A model generated the notes under the pieces. It ran no database searches, had not been told where the DNA came from, and saw nothing but the letters and a program-made list of their open reading frames with translations. From Candidatus Pyrohabitans jungbluthii (GTDB lineage: Archaea; Hydrothermarchaeota; Hydrothermarchaeia; Hydrothermarchaeales; BMS3B), in assembly GCA_002010065.2 (NCBI GenBank), contig MTMD02000014.1:96001-160000 (forward strand): 64,000 nucleotides of DNA, in the 5' to 3' direction. The position numbers and the translations under genes are program-made. Of the stretch, positions 55,446 through 64,000 are shown piece by piece (position 1 is the first letter of the stretch; every line of letters begins with the position of its first letter).

Positions 55446-56509
55446 CTTATCTGCCTCGCTTTTTCGTCGCTACCTATTACCTCTCCTTTCAGGTTAATTA
55501 GCGCCGTGCCTATGTTAACTTTTCCTCCCACGCGCTCCTCAGCGCGCTGTGAAGCTCTCTCTGCGATGCGGTTAAGCACCTCAGCAAAGCCTTCGCTGAA
55601 AAGCAGAGCTACCGCCTCTTCTGCTGTAGTTGAGTTAAGCACCTGCTTTATCAGTTCTCGGGAGGCGCCCGCCTCAGCGGCGTATGCAGCGATGGTTTCG
55701 AGGCGGGCATCTGCAACCTTGCTGTGGGTGTGAAAGATGCCAGCGGCGACCTTAACGAGCTTGCCCACATGCCCATAGAGCAGCACCCCTTTAATCCCTC
55801 TCTCAGCGCATTCGTCGAGCATATAACCAACGTAGTTGCCGCACTGCACAATTGCATCCTCTGGTACGCCCCTCTTGAGAGCATTCCTCTCGCCTATTCT
55901 CCCTGGAGTGAGCACAACCTCTGCGAAGCCATTAGCAAGGGCAACATCGATCTGAGGCACCAGGGAGCGCTTGAATGCGTCCTCACTCCAGGGTTCTACT
56001 ATACCACTCGTACCCAGGATTGAAATACCTCCCACTATGCCAAGCTTTGGATTCATTGTCTTCTGGGCAAGCTCTCTACCTTTAGGCACAGAGACCACAA
56101 CCTCCACCCCACCCTCTGGCAGAGCTTCCCTCACCGCACTGCGTATCATCTCTCTGGGCACGGGGTTAATTGCAGCCTCGCCCACGGGTATCGCTAGTCC
56201 AGGCTTAGTCACCACGCCTACGCCCTCACCGCCCCTTATCCTGACATCTTCGCCTTCGCATTTCCTCACCTCTGCGCATATCAGCGCGCCGTTGGTCACG
56301 TCGGGATCGTCGCCGGCGTCCTTAACCACGCAGGCTCTGGCTTTATCTCCGTATCCTTCCAGCAGCGCGATGCTGAGGCTCACCCTCTTGCCAGAGGGCA
56401 GGGCAACGCTTACCCTTTCCCTTCTGTCTCCGGTCAGGAGCAGCGCCGCTGCCTTCGCGGCTGCGGCTGCGCAGGTGCCAGTGGTAAAACCTTTTCTGAG
56501 CTTCTTCAT
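55424..56509 (-). CDS. cbiD: Cobalt-precorrin-5B C1-methyltransferase
   Basis: LRKGFTTGTCAAAA, KDAGDDPDVT, AINPVPR, GGISILGTSGIV, GHVGKLVK..AGIFHTHS. Confidence 0.96.
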   Translation of the reverse strand: MKKLRKGFTTGTCAAAAAKAAALLLTGDRRERVSVALPSGKRVSLSIALLEGYGDKARACVVKDAGDDPDVTNGALICAEVRKCEGEDVRIRGGEGVGVVTKPGLAIPVGEAAINPVPREMIRSAVREALPEGGVEVVVSVPKGRELAQKTMNPKLGIVGGISILGTSGIVEPWSEDAFKRSLVPQIDVALANGFAEVVLTPGRIGERNALKRGVPEDAIVQCGNYVGYMLDECAERGIKGVLLYGHVGKLVKVAAGIFHTHSKVADARLETIAAYAAEAGASRELIKQVLNSTTAEEAVALLFSEGFAEVLNRIAERASQRAEERVGGKVNIGTALINLKGEVIGSDEKARQIRWGRYLL

Positions 56510-56550
56510 AATGAAAAAGGTAATATCCTTGGGAAGATATAGTTTTATCT

Positions 56551-56823
56551 ATGAAGAGGGTGCATGTCTTTATCTCGGGCAGAGTGCAGGGCGTGTTTTT
56601 CCGCGAGTACACTCGTAGAAAAGCTGAGGAACTCGGGGTTAAAGGCTGGGTTCGCAACCTGCCCGACGGAAGGGTAGAAGCAGTCTTTGAAGGCGAGGAC
56701 GAGGCGGTGGATGCCATAGTAAAGTGGTGCTGGGAGGGCTCACCTTATTCGAATGTGAGCAATGTTGAGGCAATGGAAGAGGAGTATACAGGCGAGTTTG
56801 AGAGGTTTGAAATCAGGTGGTAA
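56551..56823 (+). CDS. acyP: Acylphosphatase
   Basis: ISGRVQGVFFR, GWVRNLPDGRVE, F.IRW. Confidence 0.95.
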   Translation: MKRVHVFISGRVQGVFFREYTRRKAEELGVKGWVRNLPDGRVEAVFEGEDEAVDAIVKWCWEGSPYSNVSNVEAMEEEYTGEFERFEIRW

Positions 56824-57004
56824 AGCATAGCATTGTTATTACATGGTGAGCTTTGCCGGAGCAGGATAGCATCAGGGTATCACCAGGATGAAGAAGGTGT
56901 TTGCCTTCATCTTATGAGCACGCTAAGCACAGGATAAGGCTGTTTAAAATACTCGAGCACGTTATAATTCCCGACCTGAGGGTTAAAGTATAACCGGGAT
57001 TTTC

Positions 57005-57691
57005 ATGAAGCTGGCAGCACTTGTTAGCGGGGGCAAGGACAGCGTTTTTGCCCTGTATAGGGTGGTGAAAGCTGGGAATAGCGTAGCCTATCTGCTGAAT
57101 ATGCTTCCCGAGCGCGAGGACAGCTGGATGTTCCACCATCCCAATGCAGCGCTGGTGGAGCTCCAGGCTAAGGCGCTGGGAATACCTCTGATAAGGGGCA
57201 CGACCAGGGGAGAAAAGGAGGCAGAGTTAGTAGACCTGCGCCGCCTCATCGCAAGCGTTGCAGACGAGGTTGAGGGTATAGTAACAGGCGCTTTAGCCTC
57301 GAAATACCAGCGCGAGCGGATAGAGAGGATATGCTCAGAGCTTGGTTTAAAGGTCTACTCGCCCCTCTGGGGGATAGAGCCGGAGAAGTACTGGGATGAG
57401 CTCCTTGCGAGCGGCTTTGAGGTTATGATAACTGCGGTAGCCGCCGAAGGCTTAGGCGAGGAGTGGCTAGGTGTTGTGGTGACGCGGGAGAAGCTGGCAG
57501 AACTCAAACGCCTGGCGAAGCACTACCGCTTTCACCTTGGCTTTGAAGGCGGCGAGGCTGAGACGCTGGTGCTTGATATGCCTCTATTTAAGCAGAGGAT
57601 AGTGGTTAAAAGGGCGAGGAAGCTCTGGCGGGGAAACAGTGGGGTCTACATAATTGAGGAGGCTGAGCTCGCTCCCGAGGAAGAGAGATGA
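57005..57691 (+). CDS. Diphthine-ammonia ligase (Dph6, PP-loop)
   Basis: SGGKDS, SWMFH.PN, GALASKYQ, PLW, EGGEAETLVLD.P.F. Confidence 0.9.
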   Translation: MKLAALVSGGKDSVFALYRVVKAGNSVAYLLNMLPEREDSWMFHHPNAALVELQAKALGIPLIRGTTRGEKEAELVDLRRLIASVADEVEGIVTGALASKYQRERIERICSELGLKVYSPLWGIEPEKYWDELLASGFEVMITAVAAEGLGEEWLGVVVTREKLAELKRLAKHYRFHLGFEGGEAETLVLDMPLFKQRIVVKRARKLWRGNSGVYIIEEAELAPEEER

Positions 57692-57737
57692 GTGGTGTCG
57701 GAAGTTATTTATAATGTGAAGTTTATCATATCAGAAT

Positions 57738-58175
57738 ATGAAGGTAAAGGAAATAATGCATGCGCCCACATTTGTTCCCCCAGATACCACGATTGCAGAA
57801 GCGGCGAAGATAATGGTCAGGAAGAACATAAGCAGCGTTATTGTGGGAACGCCTACCGATCCAATAGGCATGTTCACAGAGCGTGACATGCTGCGCGAGG
57901 TTGTGGTTAAGAATCTGGACACGCAGAAAACCTCGCTCGTGGACATAATGTGCGGCACAGAACTCAAGCACGTGATGTGCCGGGTTATAACCACGGTGCA
58001 CCAGGATGCGCCAATAGAAGAGGCGGCGGAGCGCATGATGGGACGCTATGTGCGCCACATGCCGGTCGTGGATGACGAGGGGAAAATAGTGGGGATGGTG
58101 AGTGCGCGCACTGTGATGAACGCCCTGCGAAGGAAGTCCTACTTCGCCACCAGGGGAATGTACAACAGGGATTAG
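57738..58175 (+). CDS. CBS-pair protein
   Basis: Two CBS repeats (GMFTERDM; RHMPVVD..GKIVGMVS). Confidence 0.9.
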   Translation: MKVKEIMHAPTFVPPDTTIAEAAKIMVRKNISSVIVGTPTDPIGMFTERDMLREVVVKNLDTQKTSLVDIMCGTELKHVMCRVITTVHQDAPIEEAAERMMGRYVRHMPVVDDEGKIVGMVSARTVMNALRRKSYFATRGMYNRD

Positions 58176-59522
58176 TTAAAACTCCCACAGGGAAACCTGC
58201 TTTGTTCTGTCCCCTCTCGCGAGCCGTCTCATTCTCTCTTTTGTTATCTCTTCAGCTTGCTTGTAAATTTCACCAGCGAGCTTTTCATCGCCAGCCAGTA
58301 GCTTTATCTCCTTCAGCTCAAGCTCGAGCTCGCTCGCCGCTAGGGCAGCCATCTCGGGGTTGTGTTTCATGAGCAGCACCAGCATCGGGATAAACTGCTC
58401 CTTAATAATGCGCTTTGAGGCGTGTATCTTGGTGTGGGCATCCTTCCTGCCCTGAAGCTTCTCCGCCAGAGCGTCCAAGCTTTGCCTTTCACCTCGCAAC
58501 TGAGCGTACATGGCGAATATCTTGGGGTACTGGTAGCGGGTATAGCCGGGGTACTTCCTCTTTTTTGCCAGTGCCACACCCGCGCTCATGAGGTCAACCA
58601 TGTAGCTGAGCAAGCCCCAATCCTGCCTGCGCAGTATTCTTCCATGGAATACATCGGCGCGGGAGAGGTAGTTGTACGCTCTTGCCAAATCCTCTGGATC
58701 GCGGTACTCTAGGGGAAGATTCTCAGCTAACCACTTTAGTATTGTGTCTGGCTCTTCCCCCGAGTCGAAAACCGCTTCTCTTGCTCTGTCTATGCTCTCC
58801 GTTTTTAGTATTCTAACTAAGGTGTCGAAGATTTTTATCTCAACATCGCGCATAGTGAGAAGCTCAACATCGGCTAAGCTCAGCTTCCGCCTACCCTCTG
58901 CTAGAGCCTGAAGGTCGTTTATGGCGCTTCGCAAATCACCGTTTGAGTTGGCGGCGATAATTTTCAGCACCTTTTCCTCAGCCTCAATACCCTCGCGGCG
59001 GCATATCTCCTTCAGCACGCGAAGCACAGTGCGCTGATTTATGCGCTTGAACTCCACCATCAGTGTCAGATTTCTGAAGTCAGCGGGAAGCTTCCAGGGG
59101 TCGTTGGCTATGAGTATTATTGGATGCCTGCTCTGCCCAATCAGCTTCTTCAGCGCAGCTAAGCCGCCGTACTCCGCCCTGCCGTGGATTCCGTCCACCT
59201 CGTCCAGAATTATAACCTTTTTCTCCCGCTCCGGGTCAAGCGTCCCAAAGCGCGAGGCGCTCCCAACAATGCGGTTTATCACGTCTCGCGTGCGCCAGTC
59301 GCTGGCGTTCAGCTCTATGTAGTCGTAGTTTAAATCTCTCGCCAGGGCGTAGGCGGCGGAGGTTTTTCCAGAGCCAGGCGGACCATAGAGCAGCACCGCC
59401 CTCTTCTTTGGCTTGCCCAGCTTCCACTCCTTCACCCACGCTACCAACGCTGCTATCGCCTTGGGGTTGCCAGCAACCTCCTTAAGCGTTCTCGGGCGAT
59501 ACTTCTCAACCCAGGTCTTCAT
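58176..59522 (-). CDS. rfcL: Replication factor C large subunit
   Basis: WVEKYRP, GPPGSGKT, ELNASD.R, LDEVD, GDLRSAINDLQ, C-terminal PIP box KQVSLWEF. Confidence 0.96.
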   Translation of the reverse strand: MKTWVEKYRPRTLKEVAGNPKAIAALVAWVKEWKLGKPKKRAVLLYGPPGSGKTSAAYALARDLNYDYIELNASDWRTRDVINRIVGSASRFGTLDPEREKKVIILDEVDGIHGRAEYGGLAALKKLIGQSRHPIILIANDPWKLPADFRNLTLMVEFKRINQRTVLRVLKEICRREGIEAEEKVLKIIAANSNGDLRSAINDLQALAEGRRKLSLADVELLTMRDVEIKIFDTLVRILKTESIDRAREAVFDSGEEPDTILKWLAENLPLEYRDPEDLARAYNYLSRADVFHGRILRRQDWGLLSYMVDLMSAGVALAKKRKYPGYTRYQYPKIFAMYAQLRGERQSLDALAEKLQGRKDAHTKIHASKRIIKEQFIPMLVLLMKHNPEMAALAASELELELKEIKLLAGDEKLAGEIYKQAEEITKERMRRLARGDRTKQVSLWEF

Positions 59523-59902
59523 CGCTTCTCCTCCAGCAGCCTCTCGCAGGCATCGAGCAGCTCCTTTACCTCGCTGTAGCTCACCTCAGCGCTTGCATTG
59601 CTCGCTATGCGAAGGTGAAGCTCCGCCACGCGCCTTGCAAGGGTGGTGAAGTCCTCGTTAGCGATGCCCTTCTCCTCCATAAGCTCAATCAGGTTGTGTA
59701 GAGGGTGCCCGTCTTCGCGCTCCTCAGCAAGGCGCGCGTTGAGCTCAGCCTCGCTCACAAGCTTTGGAACGAGCAGGTGCTTTGCGTAATGGTAGAGCAC
59801 CACCTGCAGGTTTGTTGCCACGTCTAAGCGCGAGAAGTGGCTATCGCTGAGAATTTGCCTCAGGTAATCCAACTCTCTCCTCGCTTGTTCCATTCTAACC
59901 AC
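59519..59902 (-). CDS. All-helical hypothetical protein
   Basis: Overlaps both neighbours (operonic); backbone codon usage. Confidence 0.65.
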   Translation of the reverse strand: MVRMEQARRELDYLRQILSDSHFSRLDVATNLQVVLYHYAKHLLVPKLVSEAELNARLAEEREDGHPLHNLIELMEEKGIANEDFTTLARRVAELHLRIASNASAEVSYSEVKELLDACERLLEEKR

Positions 59903-60176
59903 GTTTTATAATAAACCTGGCAGGCGTAACGTAGGTGGACTTGCATTTTGGGCAGCGTTTAATGTTTTTCAGCCTTGTGATATTTATAGGCTCCCCACAG
60001 GAGTTGCATACCGCAGGCAGGACGTAGAGGCGCTTTTCCCGGCTGCGCAGGGTGCGTTGCACATGCTTTAAGTCGGCGAGAATCTCACGCCTGGAGCACT
60101 GAAAAAGCCTAGCCAGCTCGTCAATACTCCTGCTCTGTGCCTCGAGCTCGCGAATTATCTCCTCTCTGCGCGTCAT
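59895..60176 (-). CDS. HTH plus Zn-ribbon transcriptional regulator (COG3357-like)
   Basis: TRREEII..L, DLKHV..TL, PAVCNSCG, RCPKCKS..V.P.RF. Confidence 0.85.
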   Translation of the reverse strand: MTRREEIIRELEAQSRSIDELARLFQCSRREILADLKHVQRTLRSREKRLYVLPAVCNSCGEPINITRLKNIKRCPKCKSTYVTPARFIIKRG

Positions 60177-60243
60177 TTCGCCTCGCTGAGGATATATTTC
60201 AACAACCTATTATAAAGGTATCCTCCCCGTATAATATGAGATT

Positions 60244-62180
<1,937 letters not shown>

Positions 62181-62710
62181 GGTAACATTTCCGGTTTTTC
62201 TAAAATAACTGAGAGCTCTTTAAGGCAGGGCATAAGATAGTCCATATCGAGTTTATCTCCTGTCCTTATAATTATGCCTTCAATATCCTGCCAGTCTCGT
62301 GCCCTCTCGGATACCGCCTTGTGAATAATCAAATCCTCTGGTGTACATATTCTTACCTTAATTCCTTCTTCAATCTCAACATCCAACGCTCTCTCAATTG
62401 CCTTCCTCTCATAGTCGAGCCCTGCTAAAATAATGTCTAGCCTAATGGAATTCTCCGTTTCCACCGGCAATACATGGGTTTTTCTTACGAACTCCAAAGG
62501 ATTATCCACAAGAATTCTAAATCTCCTTCCTATTTCATCGATGAAATTTTCAATCTCTTTTTGTGGTACATAAACAGTAATATCGATGTCAAGTGTGGTT
62601 CTGGGCTCACCCCACACAAGGTTAGCTATTCCCCCTATTATCATGTATGGGATCCCTTTATTTCTTAGGAAGTCCTGAATATCACTAAGCGCTTGCAAAA
62701 GCTCCCTCAC
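62181..62710 (-). CDS. Pol-beta-superfamily nucleotidyltransferase (DUF6036/AbiEii-like). The native C-terminus is apparently lost at the gyrB junction, and the ORF runs on antisense into gyrB to 61979.
   Basis: IIGGIA...WGEPRTTLDID, LDII, PEDLIIHK..SER.RDWQDI; AT-rich. Confidence 0.8.
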
Positions 62711-62964
62711 TCTGAAGCCCCCTCAAGCTTTGCTAGGCGCTTTCTGACCCTCATAAGATGTTTAATCCTTTTCATTCTCAGTTTTTTGAGGATTTCTTGG
62801 TCTATCTTTACAAGGTCGTACAGTTCTGAAAAAATCTCAAAGGCTCGTTTCGGTGTCAGCTCCCTAAGGACTCTCTTCTTGTAGTCCCTCTCCCACCGAA
62901 AAAATGCCTGGTAGCGTTCATTAGCAGAGTAATCCGTCTTTGCCTCTTTAATTTTTCTAGGCAT
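62707..62964 (-). CDS. Small basic helical protein, putative antitoxin/partner of the nucleotidyltransferase
   Basis: Overlaps the NTase start by 4 nt; same AT-rich composition. Confidence 0.65.
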   Translation of the reverse strand: MPRKIKEAKTDYSANERYQAFFRWERDYKKRVLRELTPKRAFEIFSELYDLVKIDQEILKKLRMKRIKHLMRVRKRLAKLEGASE

Positions 62965-63050
62965 AGCTCTTCCTGCCTCAATATAAGTTGCAGTGCCTTA
63001 TATAAAAATCTTGGCGGAAAGTGAAGATTGCCATCAGGTGAGGTGATCCA

Positions 63051-63209
63051 ATGGTAAGACTTCAGAAAACCATGAAGGGTGAGTACTACATTCAGCTTCC
63101 ACGCGAGCTTGTACGCCTAGCGGGCTGGAAGGAGGGCGACGAGATAGAGGTGCGCCTGGGCAGCGATGTTACGCCTGGCAGGCGCGACTTGGTGCTAATG
63201 CTGAAGTGA
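63051..63209 (+). CDS. AbrB/MazE/SpoVT-family DNA-binding microprotein (52 aa; not in the ORF track)
   Basis: GAGGTGA RBS; MVRLQKTMKGEYYIQLPRELVRLAGWKEGDEIEV... matches the AbrB I.LP..L...G...GD.I.V pattern. Confidence 0.8.
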   Translation: MVRLQKTMKGEYYIQLPRELVRLAGWKEGDEIEVRLGSDVTPGRRDLVLMLK

Positions 63210-63222
63210 TGCCCTACTTTTT

Positions 63223-64000
63223 TTATACAACCCCACGAAGAGCAACAAACCCAGCCACCATCGCAAAGCTAAGAACGCTGGCTAAGCCGACGTAACGGTA
63301 AACCCTGCTCATACTCGCCTTGAAGTAGTCCACGCTGACAGTGAAACACAGGTGCATTGGCGAAAGCTGCACCCCCAGGTAGCCCGCGGCGAAGATAAGC
63401 AAGAGGTGTTCGCCAACGAGGGCATCGCCCCTGCCCACGAAGGAGATGAAGAGGGGCAAAGCGATGCTGGGCGGTCCCATCTCTATGCCCACGGCAAAGC
63501 CTATGAGGAAGCTCACTAAGGGGGCTACAACAGCTATTGGCAAACCCGCGCCGCTGAGTAAATCTATTACTCGCGATGCTGCACTGCTCGCCTCTATGCC
63601 ATTGCGGAAGAGCATCACCCCGTAGATAAGCACCGCCATCCTGGGGTCAAGCGCCTTTCTGCTTATTTCCTTAAGCTCAGCCTTTGAGGGTCTGGTGTAG
63701 GCGAGTGTCAAAACGAGCACAGCAAGCATAGCATAGGCAAGCTCTACCTTTATAACCAGGGCAAGGAGGATTATCGCCGCTATGGGCCAGGCGTTTAGCA
63801 TCAGCTCTGGCAGGGCGTCCTTAAAATTGCCATTTGAGCGAAACTCCAGGTCTGGGTAGGCGATGAGCAGTCCTGCCACGAGGGCGGCTAGAGTTAAGGG
63901 GAGGTTTATCTCTACCAGCTGCAGGGTGCCTGCCTCAACTACGCCCATGGTAATCAAAAACGCAGGGTATAGAGGCCAGGTGGGTATCCAGAGGTGGCGG
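63223..64000 (-). CDS. DUF401-family membrane protein (5' end outside window)
   Basis: HLWIPTWPLYP near the window edge, multiple TMs, GVQLSPMHLCF..S.DYF. Confidence 0.8.
   Translation of the reverse strand, partial: RHLWIPTWPLYPAFLITMGVVEAGTLQLVEINLPLTLAALVAGLLIAYPDLEFRSNGNFKDALPELMLNAWPIAAIILLALVIKVELAYAMLAVLVLTLAYTRPSKAELKEISRKALDPRMAVLIYGVMLFRNGIEASSAASRVIDLLSGAGLPIAVVAPLVSFLIGFAVGIEMGPPSIALPLFISFVGRGDALVGEHLLLIFAAGYLGVQLSPMHLCFTVSVDYFKASMSRVYRYVGLASVLSFAMVAGFVALRGVV

Noticed and set aside
56824-57004. Intergenic stretch with hairpin GATGAAG...CTTCATC and a short open frame
   Set aside because: No start/RBS or recognisable family. It may be a gene remnant but cannot be supported.

Overview
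This is a 64-kb stretch of an archaeal chromosome, shown by PAN, Rps17e, RfcL, archaeal MAT, ZPR1, Nip7/PUA, Dph6, TATA-type promoters and GGTGA-type RBSs. It looks like an anaerobic, probably thermophilic euryarchaeote. Ca. Hydrothermarchaeota-like is an inference from gene content only. The GC-richer backbone carries housekeeping genes and an Mto/Cmu/Mec-type corrinoid methyl-transfer operon (MtaA/CmuA-family, corrinoid protein, RACo/RamA, MtrH-like, then a degenerate NarI-like membrane protein). It also carries futalosine menaquinone genes mqnE-A-C, scattered anaerobic cobalamin genes, dapAB, apgM-thrC, a DacZ-MAT-KaiC-HTH run, a DtxR-DUF2325-FTR1 iron unit with tandem TTAGG-N4-CCTAA operators, a Pit/DUF47 phosphate unit and a gyrB with no adjacent gyrA. 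Three AT-rich inserts stand out. (1) About 20.0-24.3 kb holds a frameshifted RelE convergent with its antitoxin, DPANN-style Cys-rich and HExxH surface proteins and a truncated PIN. (2) About 52.0-54.2 kb holds an ABC-ATPase plus TOPRIM-like pair, a candidate defence system. (3) About 62.2-63.0 kb holds a nucleotidyltransferase/partner pair abutting the gyrB stop. A non-coding tandem-hairpin element built from GTTAC...GTGAC half-sites occurs twice (28.15-28.24 kb and 50.53-50.60 kb). I saw no rRNA, tRNA, CRISPR array, integrase or transposase. All family calls come from recognising motifs by eye, not from database searches.
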